The notes below the pieces were generated by a model. The model had not been told where the DNA came from and did not search any database. It was given only the letters and a program-made list of their open reading frames with translations. A stretch of DNA of 64,000 bases from assembly GCF_009914755.1 (NCBI RefSeq), contig NC_060929.1; one strand, given 5' to 3'. The DNA is from the human T2T-CHM13v2.0 reference genome, Homo sapiens. A program made the position numbers and the translations under genes. Within the stretch, counting starts at the first letter, position 1. Each line of letters starts with the position of its first letter. Positions 32,701 to 48,598 of the stretch are shown piece by piece.

Positions 32701-33009
32701 GGCTGGGTGTGGTGACTCCTGCCTGTAATCTTAGCACTTTGGGAGGCTGAGGTGGGAGGATAGTTTGAGACCAGGAGTTTGAAACCAGCCTGGGCAACAC
32801 AATAAGACCTCGTCTCTATACCAAATCAGAAAAATTAGCTAAGCATGGCGGTGCATGCCTTTAGTCCCAGCTACTTGGGAGGTTGAGGCAAGAGAATCTC
32901 TTGAGCTCAGGAGTTTGAGGGTGCAATGAGCCATAAATGGTGCTACTGCATTCTAGACTGGGCTGGGTGACAAAGAGAGACTCTGTCTCAGAAAAACAAA
33001 AAGAAAGAA
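32701..33009 (+). mobile_element. AluJ
   Basis: Diverged dimer; TSD aaagaaataggat. Confidence 0.93.
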
Positions 33010-33424
33010 AAGAAATAGGATACTTCAACTATTCTATAGCACTAGAAGCACTCAGAGGATTGGTGGGTAAAGGGATCTGGGTGTTGCCTTTAAGAAAAAG
33101 TTGGTGTTACGATGACTTATTAAATGAATGTCATTCTTTCCCTGACGCTACTCATTCCCACCATCTACCTACTCATATAATTATAACATTGGAAGAGAAT
33201 AGTGAATTCAGATCTCTATGTATCTGAACTGGGATCAGGAAAGCTCAAAAGAGTATGATAGTGCAAAGACTTATTCCTTTGGGAGTGGGTTTTAAAGAAG
33301 TGTGATTTGCCCTAGTATATTAAAAGACCAGTGGCTCATCAGAAGTATTGAAGACATTAAAGGCTCAAGAATGGTCCAGGTAAGAGACCTTTTGTAAATC
33401 CTTACCACAGTTAATCAGAAATAG

Positions 33425-33835
33425 AATGCAAAGAATTACTACTCAACAAAAAAAGGAAATGAACTATTGATACTCAGTATAACATTGACAAATGTCAAAA
33501 TAATTATGCTCAATGAAGCCAGACAAGAGTATATATCGCATAATTCCATGTATATAAATTTCTTGAAAATGCAAACTAATGTATAGTGACAGAATTTAGA
33601 TCAATTGTTGTCTGGGGTAGGGAGCAAGTGTAGAGTCGGGAGGGAGAGATTACAATGAAGCAGGAGAAGACTTTTGGGGTTGAATCATATGTTCATTATA
33701 TTAATTGTGGTGATCACTTCATAAGTATATTCAAATGTCAAAACCTATCAAATTGTATACCTTAACTTTATGCATTTTACTGTATGTCAATTTTACTGTA
33801 TGTCAATCAACAGCTTAATAAAGAAGCTGTTTTTA
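33425..33835 (+). mobile_element. Old L1M 3'UTR fragment
   Basis: 'gaaatgaactattgatac...aattatgct...attccatgtatataaatt...gtcaaaacctatcaaattgtatac'. Confidence 0.75.
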
Positions 33836-34312
33836 AAATTCAGGAATTAAAAATAAATTATTAATAGATAACAGGGTGTGGGGAATTGACCAGGAGAGAA
33901 AAAAAGGCAACTAATTGACTGTTTTTCCCAGGGTCAGTCCAGACAATTTTACGAGTGTACATTCTTTTTCGGTTTCAATTTAGTGCCTCAAAAATGAGTT
34001 ATTGTCCAGGTACTTTACTTTGTATCTCTAGAAAAGTGCTACACTTAAACCAAAACAAGTGGTTTATATTATAACCCTTTTTACTAATCTATTTTAAAAT
34101 CTAAAGACATTCTTTTATTTTTACATGTATCATCATCACCTATGCCTCATCTACATATTAAGAATAGCTTATTTCTTAATACTTAATGCTTTCTATTTAT
34201 TGCTAGGATTTTGGTGGAAGAGATTTTCCAACTCTTCATCCTCAAATAATACACATATAATAACAGTGGGTAACAGTGGAAAAATAAATGAGCACTAGGA
34301 CTATTGATCGGG

Positions 34313-34573
34313 TTTTTTTTTTTTTTTTTTGAGACGGAGTCTTGTTCTGTTGCCCAGGCTGGAGTTGCAAGCTCTGCCTCCCGGGTTCACGCCATTCTCT
34401 TGCCTCAGCCTCCCAGGTGCCCGCCACCACGCCCGGCTAATTTTTTTGTATTTTTAGTAGAGACGGGGTTTCACCGTGTTAACCAGGATGGTCTCAATCT
34501 CCTGACCTCATGATCCACCTGCCTCGGCCTCCCAAAGTGCTGGGATTACAGGCATAAGCCATCGCGCCCGGCC
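34313..34573 (-). mobile_element. AluY/Sc-like with two internal deletions
   Basis: TSD attgatc(g/t)ggttt; junctions 'ggagt|tgcaagc' and 'gcctccc|aggtgccc'. Confidence 0.92.
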
Positions 34574-34638
34574 CAATTGATCTGGTTTCTTAAAGAAATA
34601 CTTGACAGGGAAGGAAAAGAATAGAAACAGACAGAAGA

Positions 34639-34993
<355 letters not shown>

Positions 34994-35168
34994 TCAAATC
35001 AATGGCAAGCTGACTTTTTTTTTAGGGGCATTTAGATACAAGTGTGTGGGAGATAATATTAACGATTTTTGTGAGTGGGAAATGGCATATGATTACACAT
35101 GAAAATATCTACAATGCTTAGGTATGTCTACCAAGAAGTATGAGGCCAGATATGACTGAGGTCTGGGC

Positions 35169-35814
35169 TAAAACAGGAGCTAAAAATAAATTATTTAGGC
35201 AGTTAGGGTAAGAGAGTCTTCAGTAAGGTTTCCCTTTTAACAAAAAGCAGCCCCCAAATCATTTCTTTTCTAACAAAGAGCAGCCTGTAAAATCGAGCTG
35301 CAGGCATAGGTAAGCAAGCTAGAAGCTTGCACGGGTGAATGCCGGCAGCTGTGCCAATAGGAAAAGACTACCTGGGGGCCAGACATGTTCAACATGGAGG
35401 TTCCTTCTTCCGTTTTCCTTGTCAACCACGACTACAGTAAAGGAACAGGCAACATGGCGCAGGCAGCGTAGAGAACCTGTCTGCATAATAAAAGATCAGG
35501 GTGGGGTGGCCAGCTTCCTCATGTGCTATGTAAATGATACACCTGGTCCAACCAATGTTTGGGCCCTATGTAAATCAGACACCGCCTCCTCAAGCTCGTC
35601 TATAAAATCCCGGGCATTTCACTATGAAACCGGAACACCCGCCCAGGAGTCCCTCTCTCTCTCTCTCCTCCTGCCAGAGAGAGAGTTCTTTTCTCTTTCC
35701 TCTTGCCTATTAAGCCTCTGCCCTTAAACTCACTTCTTGTGTTTTGGAGCCCTCGATTTCTTTGGCGTGAGATGACGAACCTCGGTCATTTACCCCAGAC
35801 AAGATGCCACTTCA
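35169..35814 (+). mobile_element. LTR9-family (ERV1) solo LTR
   Basis: 'caggagctaaaaataaattatttaggcag...aaaagcagcccccaaatc...ctataaaa...taccccagacaagatgccacttca'. Confidence 0.8.
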
Positions 35815-38800
35815 TTTCTACTTTTGTATATATTTGAATTTTTGCATAATTAAAAAAATTTAAAGGCTTTGTTAAACTACTAGTCACATTTTAAAAGGGG
35901 GATAGACAATCTTTATTTGTCAGATATTTTTAAATAAAGAAAAGGAAAAGGGGAGAGGATAAGTATGCGAGGTGTTAGATGTGTTAATTAGCTTGATTTA
36001 ATACTTTGCAATGTATACATATATTAAAACATCACATCGTACACCATATATACAGTTTGTCAATTATATCTTAATAAAGCTGGAGGAAAATATGAAAAAT
36101 TAAATTTAAAAAAGAGGAGAGGAGGAAATCAGTGATCACAGCAAAAAGGAAAGAATTGACCTGCAAATTAGAAGCCAGGTCGGGGAGGGGTGGAGCAGGG
36201 GGTGGGGGTGGGGTATGTGTATGGTACTGCCTCAGATCTATTTCCAGAATTGACCTAACCTGACTGAGTGACCTTGGAGAAAGTCCCTTACTCATTTTAA
36301 AGTGGGGGAAAATGCCTGGCTTCCCAGGTGTGTATGAGAGTTAATTGCCTTTTCTGCAGTCCCAGTGGATGGATGGGTGGAGTTATTCAAGGGCCTCCTA
36401 TCCTCCTAAGTGTCTTTAGGAGACCTGATGGTTTTATTCCCTCTGAGCTGCCACTGGATCAGATGACAGGCGGGTGGGCAGCCTCCACATTCTGCTCCTG
36501 TCCCCAGTGAGGTTTACTTTCCAGGAGCCATTTAATCTCAGAAACACTGCCATCTTTCCAGCTTTTGAGGCTGGAAATCCATCTCTCTGTGTTGAAGCTC
36601 TTTATTCCTTGTGGTCCCACTCCCTGGAGCACTGCAGACAAGAACCTAGGTGACAAGAAAAAAATGGAATGACCCCAATTTAACAAGCTCCCCTCTACAT
36701 TTACAGGGCAAACCGTGACTTTTCTCAAGGCCCACAAATTATAGGGAGGCAAAGGGTGGAAAAATCCAGGAAAAAAAAAAAAAAACAACCATACCACCCA
36801 TACAAACATACCAGATGGAAGGAAAAGATGCCTATAATTCTCGTGGCTTTCAAAGGTATTTATTTAGTTCAGATATTTATGAAACAAACCCTAGAAATTC
36901 CAGGTATCTCTCCTAAACAAAAGAACCACGAATGTTTGCTTCTGGTCAGCATGAAAAATTGGTGAAAAACTAGATGTTAGACATAGGTTCATAAGGTAGA
37001 TCTTTACAGCTCAGATACAGAGCACTGCAGGCACGTTTTCTTACCTAGTTGTCCAAGTCAGCATCAAACTCAGAGTCACCAATGACTCTGACAATGTTCA
37101 GGAGATGCTTTTCCTACTGATGTCAAGGGCAAGCTTCCTCCACAACAGCCATACACAAAAAAAGAAGTAAAGATAATTATTCAAATCATGGCACTGCTAA
37201 GATTTTCTAACTGATCTGAGCCCCCCAAAGAAATCCTGATTCGGACTATCTGGATTTTACAATGTTATCAGTCGTCAACAGACTTTGCCTTCCTTGAAAG
37301 TGCTTCCAATTGTTTCAGTGGCTAAAGGGACCTAAATCAACACTGGCTATAGCAAAGAAAACAAACCACTTATAAACTTTCCCATACCTGCCAAAACTGG
37401 AAAGCTATAAATAGGGGGTAGCAAACACTGTTCAAAAATATTTCTCAGGGAGCAAACAGGCGGAAAGGAGTGAATAATTTTCAAAGAAGTAAAGGATTTT
37501 TTTTTTTAAAGTTCATTTTGCAACTTGGAATTTCTGCGGCCACAAGGAAGTGAGGAAAACATAACTCAACCGTGATAATATGATTCCTAATGTTATAAGA
37601 AGCTAAAATGTTGTGTATGATTTAAGCAATTCCATTGCACACTATATTGATATAGTGTTTCATTATTCTTTGTTATTCCTCTTATTGCTTCTGGGAGAGG
37701 CAGGGCTTTTTCAGGATCATTAGCCCTTTCGTACCTTCCTGAAGATAGGCTCATTTTTCCCAAGAGAAAGTTCAGTTTGTCAAGGTTATTTAACATCTGA
37801 GCCAGAGCTGAGATTCAAATCCAAAGTTCCATTTCTGTATTCATTTGCACAATAATTTCTTTAATCATGGACTTTGTTATTAAAGCATTTAACTCTACTG
37901 TTAAGTGCTCACTGTTGTTCTAAGGAACAGAAAGAAATCTTTGGAGCTGAACAATCTTAAGTTTGAATCTTGTTTCTGCCCTTGCTCATGGTGTGACCTA
38001 GAACAAGGGCTTACACTCTCCCTGCCTTGGTTATTCTGGAAGTGGCGCATGCAGCTCCCTTCTTAGAACCTTATGATTAGTTGGTCTGGCAACTGATTCA
38101 ATGATTAAAAATAAATCAAGTTAGAAAAAAATTCTGAGGGGATAAAATTGTGTCTTTAGTTTACAGAATCCTACCACAGCACGTAATTTCCTCTTTTATA
38201 AGTTGAAAATTAAATGAAAGTGTATGTGAAGTGCTTAACATAATGTTTGGCAATAGCAAGTAAGTATTTAATAAATGCTGTAGCTATTTTCAATAATAAT
38301 AAACACCCTCTGATTAGAATGACAGATAAATCATTTCCTAGATTAAAATGACTTCATTTATATGTGCATATATGAATATCAAATGATAATAAATGGTATA
38401 CATATGCAAATGAGATCATTCTTCTGATGGACTATTTGATCCAAGAATGTTCGTGAAGCCATGAACTTCATCTTCCTCTTCCATGGCACAGCCTTGGCAA
38501 CCCCACTTCAAAATAGATGCTTTGTTCATTCCCTCAGCTAGTTTCCTTCCTTCTGTTTGTAATATGAAACATTGCTTTTTGGCTTCTGACCCTGTGAAGG
38601 AGGAGAAGACCACAAAGCCAAGAGTATTTGCAGCCTGGAATTAAATGCTGAGGTGGCCCTGGCCTTACATGTGCAACACCTGGGCCTTGCTGAGGTAACC
38701 AAAGGACTTGTCACTATTTAAGATGCCCTTCAAAGTCCAAAAGAAATTTAGCAGGACAAAGGACTGACAAACCCCAGCATGTTGTTGAGTTGTTTCCTTA

Positions 38801-38828
38801 CTTTTGAAGGGCATTTTTGGAAACATGT

Positions 38829-39980
<1,152 letters not shown>

Positions 39981-40949
39981 GGAGATGGTCACTAATTGCC
40001 TCAGAATGTCCTATGGGGATCTCAGGCAGCTGCTGTGGAAGTGAGAGGGCTGTCTGTGGAACACAGAGATGGAACCCTTCCCAGGTCCCCTAGACACACA
40101 CATGCTATGGACATATACACACAGTTCATGCACATTCACACTATGGGCACATGTACCTTGAGTGCGTGCGCACACACACACACACACACACACTATGGGA
40201 GACTACATATTCTGAAAGGCACAGGCAGACACCTTTCTACAAAATAACATGCATTAGAGAAAGTCCCCCACTTCTATGGGTATGTACTGGGACCACACTG
40301 TCATGTTGACCTGGTTATTCACAGCTGGTTTCTATGCAGAGGGTTTGGTTTACATTTTCCCTGGCCAGGAAAAATGTTTAAGCGGTGGGGTCAGTTAAGG
40401 AATTAAGGAGGAGAAAGGAGAGGAGGAGAAGGAGAGAAGGGCAGAGTGAGAGGGCGCTAAGAGTTTCTGATACCCATTACACAGCTGAGATCTGCCTCCT
40501 GCCTAAAGCAGAAAGAGACCAGCAGGGCTCTGGTTGGCACAGCCTAATTACCCACACAGAGGCAGCATTGGCAGTTTGGCGGCAGGAACTTCCTATAGTA
40601 GTGACAGTACTTAAGTCTGTGGTATGGCCCTGGGGAGCTTGGTGTGGTCTTAGTGGAGTACTTCTGTGTTGGCCCTTTTGGCTCTGGAGCCCACCCTAGT
40701 GGTTTCGCCCTTCAGGGTAGTCACAGAGTGGAGTGGAAGAACACACTTTCCCCAGGGCTGGATGCTGGCTAAACCAGGGAGCCAGGCTGAGCTGGCAAAG
40801 ATCAGCCCAGAGTGGAAGTAACACCACAGGGATATGTCCTGCTCTGTACATGTTTGAGGAAAACCTTGCAATTCATTCAACACATGTTCACAGATACACT
40901 ACCAATCTTCCTGCCGGGTTCTGCAAACACAAATCATTTTGAGCAAAAA

Positions 40950-41800
40950 TAGAGGTCATTCTTGCCTAGATGGGGATACATTTTTAGTTGGAGAGATAAG
41001 CATTAATAAATAATCCACCTAAATGACAACAAATGACAACTACGGCATGTGCTCTGAATGGGGGGAAACCCATGTTTGTCATGGAAAAATGTAGTGGGGG
41101 AGGTTTTGTCTCTTCCAGAAAGTCAGAAAGGGGCCCCTGAGGAAGTCCTCCTAGCTGAGATGTAAGCCTTCAACCTCCACAGAGAGGAGCAACATAGAGA
41201 AAGCACACATGCACTGGCCCTTTGGTGGGAGAAAAAACAGTACCTGCGGGACCAGAATACAAAGGGTTGGAGGCCAATAGAAGTGCCGCCCAAAGAGAGG
41301 TGCAGATGCATGAAGGGCTGGATGAAGATCTAGTGGATTATTTTAGGCTTTTCATTTTTCTCCCAGGAGCAATAGGAGGCTACTGAAGGGCTTTAAAGAA
41401 GAAAGATGATGAGATTTGCATTCTGGAAAAAAATAATTGTTGTAGCTGCAGAATGGGGCTGAATTGGAGGCAGGATGAGAAAGAATTCAGGCAGAATAGG
41501 TAGGGAAAGAGATGACTGTGGCACAGACCAGGGTAGTAGAGGAGGGGATGGAGGGGAGTGGAGGGATTCAAGAGAGGATTTGGGGACCAAATAGAAATGA
41601 CTTGGAAATGACTTCGATGTGGATTGAGATAGGCCTGACTCCTAGGTTTCCAGCTTGCACATTTGTCTGGATGGGAATGTCTTCACTGACAATGGAAACA
41701 CTATAGAAGGATCAGGCTTGGGGCAGAAGTGGGACAGGGTCCTTTGGGACATTGAAGAAGAAATATCAAGTAGGCAATTGTACACATGGCTCTAGTTTCT
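40950..41800. mobile_element. L2 fragment
   Basis: 'gagatttgcattctggaaaaaat', 'gactcctaggtttccagcttg', 'atatcaagtaggcaattg'. Confidence 0.65.
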
Positions 41801-43254
41801 GACCACTAAGGTGAGAAGGTAGCCTCTGTTGTATTGTATTGCACCATCTTTTGGATGAGTTTTTGGGGTTGGAGAGGCAGCCTGGAGAGGAGAGTCAGTG
41901 GGGCCTGGGCCAGGAGGGTATTTGCCACTCCTGGCCACTCTCTCCAGAGCAACTATAGCAGCTTTCTAGCCCAGGTACTTGAGTTCGGCTGCTTAAGAAT
42001 TTTTGACACTGAATAAACAGGGCTTGAAAGAACCTAGTTAACAAAAGATCAGATGGGACCTAGCAGAAGGCTCATGAGTCCTTGACAAAAGAAAGTTCTG
42101 AGGCCTAATATTTGTTCTTCCTACCCAAAGTTGAGTTATAAACAGTGTACCACTATTGACCTTCACTGGGATTTGCTTTCCTGGGATCTGGAGAAGCACA
42201 GCGTGTTCCTGTGCATGAACATACTGTTATCTTTGGCTTGGTCTGAGGCTGTAGAACAGTCCAGATGGTGCTCCTGCCACCTGGAGGACAGAAGCGGAGG
42301 TGGAGGCTGGTCTCCTGCTATCTCCCCCACACTTTGGGGGCACAGAGAATCCATGGGAGGAAAACAAGGAACTGGTTTCTCCAAGAAGTTGTACAAACCA
42401 ATGTCAACAGGTCAAGCCAGGGCTTTGGGAAGTCAGACATGGGCACTGATACATTTCTTAAAAGCCTGGGGGACAAGCGGATCACCTTCTCCCATAGAAC
42501 ACCCCGGGGGTTACTATCAGAAGGGGAATAATGGGTGGATGGACCATGGGACCTTCTGCTTTGTCTGTTTGCACATATCCTTCTTGTTGTTGGCAGGTGA
42601 CTCACTCTTCCACCATGGAACAAGGACAGACCTAACCCCTGAATGAGATAAGTAACTGAGCATGGTGCCTCAGCTCCTACCTCTCCTCTTTAGGGGTCTG
42701 TCCACTTGCAAAAAGCATGTGTTTTCATCTGCTCAAGAGGTTAGCAGTAAAGACTCTGCCCCCGTGGGCAAGACCTGTGTTTTCCTGCTTTGCCTGTGAC
42801 TGAGTGGATACATTTTATTCTGCAGCACAATTTTAGTAAGCTCATTTAGCATTCCTACTAAACCTTGCTGTCTAATATCAGCTTTAAATATTAAATGTGA
42901 TTTTTCAATCTCCCAATATAGGGAGATTGAAAGGAACAGGAGTGTCACTCATTGGGCTTCCGAAAATCCCAACAAATAGAGAAAACTGTCTGGAATGCAG
43001 AGCCTTGAAGATCTTTGTATGGCTTTAAAATGTGACATATCCTCCCAGGTAGTTAAGAAAATTCAGCTGCTTAGAGAATTGAACTGGACCTTCTGATTGC
43101 CATATCTAATCTGGGTACAAGTATGTAGTAGATAACTTTCTCCCATCAATAAGTGTGAATTCATCACGTAGCCATTCCAATACAGGACAAACCAAGGCAA
43201 AACAAAGAAAAAGAAAACTGTATTTGTGCCTTTCCCGGGACTCACAGAGTTGCC

Positions 43255-43712
43255 ACGCAAGGTTATTTTTGATTTGCCCCTCCAAATCCATTTCCAGCTT
43301 TTTTAGCTCTGCCTTGAGCTGCAGGAGACTGCCGGTATGGACTGTATCAATGGGCTTCTGGTGGTTCAGCCAGAGGGAGGCACTAGTAAGCGGTCAGAAG
43401 GTGGGAAAGAGAGATGTCAGTGTTTTTGACTCCCCTCTTCACTAGGGTATGGTGGTCCTGTTCCTCTACTGATGAGCAAACTCCCATCAAAGGCCTCCTC
43501 TCCCACATTACAGCTCTTACTGGGTTCTGGCACCTGCCAGTTCTCCCCTTGACCCTTCAAACCTGGGGGTGTAATGGCTGCCCACTTTCATCAGTCCCCT
43601 GGTGCCTCAGAGTCCCTTCTGATCCCATTTAGTCCTCTACAGATAGTCTTTTCTTTAATGTTCTTTGTACCATCCTGAATGCACTCTGTTTTCTGTTGAG
43701 ACTTGAGTCAGA
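43255..43712 (+). mobile_element. LTR33-like ERVL LTR
   Basis: 'ttgcccctccaaatcca...tatggactgtatcaatgggcttctgg'. Confidence 0.65.
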
Positions 43713-44047
43713 AATATTCACTACCAATAGTGAATTAAAAGCCTTCTGAATTTCAGTCCGAATTCTTGGCTATGTTCACACTTCCCTGCACTGGTAACTG
43801 GTGTACAGCGACCAGGTACTGTCTAGAAAAATGCATCTTTGGGATACTCTGATCCCTACATGCATCTCTCCATGAACAGACGTAGTTCATTGGTTGGCTC
43901 CCTTGAGTCAATGGGCAGGGAGAGCATTTCAGCATTGTGAGAATCGGTGCATTAGAAACACTTGCAGCTCCCCATGACTCAGAACCCATGGCATTCTAGA
44001 AATCTTTAATGCCTATTATATTCAGAGTTTTAAAAAGTTATTAATGT

Positions 44048-44408
<361 letters not shown>

Positions 44409-44678
44409 CTATGAATCCAATTTTAGGATTCTTTACTTGATTAGAAACCATTTTACTCTTTGCTGAGTGCAAAAATGAATGAAATGTTTGAGTCAGATAT
44501 GGTGTATCATTATTAGTCTTTGTCCATGGGGCACCTGATTTGCTTTCATAGTATTTGTTGAGCCTCTTAGAGCTAGGCAGGAGTGAGAACTAAAGGATCA
44601 TTGTTTTTATTGGACATCTCCCTGTTAGCCCACAATGCAAAGGAGTTTGGCCTTGCTGATTCTGGGAAATTAAGAATA

Positions 44679-44737
44679 ATGCACCTAAATACATAATGCA
44701 CATATTATGCACCTAAATACATAATGCACATATTATG
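44679..44737. repeat. Perfect 28-bp tandem duplication
   Basis: atgcacctaaatacataatgcacatatt x2. Confidence 0.92.
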
Positions 44738-46418
44738 AGGCAGATGCTGTACTAGGCATTTTACATATATAACCTCCCAGTATTCCACAGTGCTGCAAAA
44801 GATTATTATCATCATCATTTTACAAATGAAGAAACAGAGGATTCGGGAGGTGAAGGGATTTCCCCAAGGAGCTAGAGCTAGTGAGTTTTGGTCAGGATTT
44901 GGCCCCAGGCTAAATACCTCGAAGCCTCTAAAACACTTATTGAATCTGCCATTTTGGCCCCTTTTTTTCTGAGCAAAGGTATTTGAACTTTGTCACAAAG
45001 TGGTTATGTGATGTTGGACAATTTTTTCTACCTCTCTGGCTTCAGTTTACTCCTTTGTAAAATAAAGAGGCAGGGCTGAAAGAAATATAAGCTCTATGAT
45101 TATTTGATATTAAGGTTTATGTAAAAACATTCCCTGACAATAGACTGTATCCGTCAGGATTTAGAAGTCTCCCAAGTTATTTCAGCAGAAATAAATTTAA
45201 TGCAGGGTTGCTTACAAAGGTAATGGGAAGGGCTGGGGGGGCAAGTGCTAGGGCATCTTCCAGGAGTGACTTCCAGAACAACCCTGCAGTTAGCAGACTG
45301 GAGTATAGGATCCCTAGACTACAGGCAGTGTGTTAAAGCAGAACGATTAAGATCTTGAAGTCAAACAGACCTTGAGAACAGCTCCAACTTACCCACTGAT
45401 AAGTTGGGCAATGTATATAACCTCTCTGGATCTTAATATTTTAGCTATAAAATAACAAATGTGAAAATATTTATGATAGTGCTTAACAGTAGTAGGTAAT
45501 CAACAGTAGTAGGTAAGTTTTGTCCTCTCCCCTCCCCCAGAGACAGAGGTATGTTTATTTGAGAATAGATGAAAAAATATACAGACAGGAACAATGGGAA
45601 ATAATAATAATGAAGAAGTAAGATGGGACCAGACAATAGAGGGTTTTCCTTAAAAAAGAAAAAAGAGGCACGTAAACATCTTGAATTCTATAGGCAATGG
45701 GGGTTGATGGCAGTTTTTGGATAGGGAAATAACATGAGAAACTTGGCTCTTTGGCAAGATAAATATTGCAGCCACATTCAACAAGCAAGTTGTTCTTACG
45801 ATGGTTAATATGAGATGAATGCCTTTGCCAGCCTCTTTAAAAGAATGTTCCCTTCCAATTTCATGGAAAATGCCCTTTGGGAAACCGCTGGAGGAGACTG
45901 TAGTCCTTATTTAGTGGGAAATATTTAATTGAAACAATGCCGCTCACTGTTAAGCTTAGAAGTAGATTTTATCCTCCTAGGTGCAGTATGGTGGGCCTGG
46001 GACATGATCCTCATGAGTCACTGGCAGAGGGCTGGGAAATAGAGGGGTTATGGTAAGACTCCCTCACTCCAATGACGTTGTGTCCCCAACAGGTACATGC
46101 CTGGGAAGACAGCCAGGGAACAGGCAGCTACATCAACCAAGAAGGCTGACAACATGTTCCATCCCACAACTATGTGGTAATTGCAAAGATGAGAAAATAG
46201 CAGAGATCCTCCAGTCAGCCCTGGAATGAGTTTAGGGGAGAGAAATCATGCAATCTCTTAGTAACATGGCATCTGTAAATTCACTTAAAGACCTCAAATG
46301 ATTATAATTCAAGTGACCTCAGACACAGAAAAACAGTTTGTAATACCTTCCAACATCAAGACATTTTAGAACTAAAATTGACTATGAAGGGTAGTACTTG
46401 CTGAAAGTAGATGCTTAA

Positions 46419-46738
<320 letters not shown>

Positions 46739-48598
46739 GGAATAGGTCTTTTACACCAAAGCCCTCATGTTTTAATGAGGTAATTAAAGCCTAGAGGGCT
46801 ATGTAATTGGCCCAGTCACCAACTAGATAGTGGCAGAGGTAGAACCAGAACTCAAGTCTCCTCACTTTCAATGTAACATTTTCTCTCTTACTCCATGTGG
46901 CATCAGGCTCCTGTTTCTGAAGGAAATCGATGTACATGTATTGTGGTGCTGTATATGGAGAAATGTTTAGCCAGTCTTTTTTCTGAGATCAAAACCAGGC
47001 CATGATAGCCATCTTCCTGGGTCTCTGTGAGGTTCTTGGGACCCAGAGTTCTCTATGATAACATCCTGGAGGGGAACTGACTCCTACAATGCACGAAAGA
47101 GATCTATACCAAGAACATGGCTCTCACAGACGAGCCAGAGGCCAAGAGCTAGGGAGGGGTTAGCTCAGTGTGCGTGAATTTCTTCTGAATTTTAATGGTT
47201 TTGGAAAATATTAAACATTTCTTCCACCGACTTCCTTTGGTTTCAAAACATGAACACTAGAGAGGCAAAGTGGAGTCATGAAATCCAATTGGTGGTGAAA
47301 TCCCCCACAAGGGGGACCAAGAAAGTGAGAAAGAAAGAGAGAAGAGGAGGAAGAAAGGGAGAGAAGATACAAAATAAAGATAAGAGAAGGGAAAGAGTAA
47401 ATAGATGCACACGTCCCCACAGCCGTCTTTTCCTGGCCACACTCTTCACAGGAATCTGAAAGCTGGGCTCTAATTCAGGAGCTCTGAAGCTGTTTTGAGT
47501 TTCTTTCCATAGTTTCTAGGCATCTAATCCATACCAAGGATTCCCATGGGGAAACTGTTATCTCTCAACTCAGTGAGGGCTATTGACAAAGACCAGTGCT
47601 CTTTCTTCTCTGTAGGTAAACAGTGACTCATGCAAGCCTGAGGGAGAAAATACAGTATATCTAAGAGTTAAGACCTCCCAGCTTCACATTCTGTTATAGC
47701 AGCTGCTTCATGCCAGTGGCAGCATCTTGCCAGAGTTCATTCCCATAGTGCTTCACTAAGGGTGGCCTTTGGCTATAGTACCAGAAGGAGGGACTCCTCT
47801 CACAGAGAGTAGAAGTTCCTCCTGTGAATCATGGAGACAACTGTTTGCACTTACTTATGACCCTATCTCTTTTAGGTGTCAGGGTCTCTCAGATCTTCCA
47901 GTATTTTCTGTTTTATTCAGCGGGAGGAAGACCACATAGGACTCTCAGCACCACCACGGAGGTCAACTCCCAGCAAGTCTCTGGAACTCTTTGATCAGCA
48001 ATTCCACATATTTTTATATACCCTAGAGAAAAATCTCTTATGTATTCACAAAGAGGCCTGGGAGGCTATTCATTGAAGCATTGTTTTAATGGAAGAAACT
48101 TGAAAACAATGTAAATGTTCATCCATAGGGGATGAAATGAATAAATGTTCTTGTAGTGATACAATGGAATACACATGGTAGACAAAATTAATTAAACACA
48201 GCTCAAGGTAGCAATCTAGATGACTTTAAAAAACATAATAATAAAAAAGAAAAGCAACGTACAGCAATATCCCATTAAAATAAAGTTTGTAAGGATGCAA
48301 AATAATATCACTTATTATCTTTTGAGGGAGTGAGGAGAGATCTGCAGAAAGTGAGAAAATACACCATGGAGATATTTGGGGGAAGAGGGCTCAAGGTAGA
48401 GGAAAAAGCAAGAGCTTAAGGCCTGAGTTGAAAACCTGTTTGATGTGTTTGAGTGAGAACAAGCAGGTTGCTGTGACTGGAGAGTGGAGTATTTGGGGCA
48501 TAGGAAGGATAGAAAATCAGGCCAGAGAGGTAACCAGTTTTTAGACCATGAAGAACCTTGTAGTTGCCACTGGAAAGTTTTGACCAGGGAATCTGTGG

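Noticed and set aside
42131-42646. 171-aa ORF in non-Alu sequence
   Set aside because: Starts at TTG, has no recognisable domain or coding-like composition; compatible with chance
47077-47110. CTGA...GAAA spacing suggestive of a hammerhead ribozyme core
   Set aside because: Core reads CTGACTC rather than CTGANGA and no stem II forms
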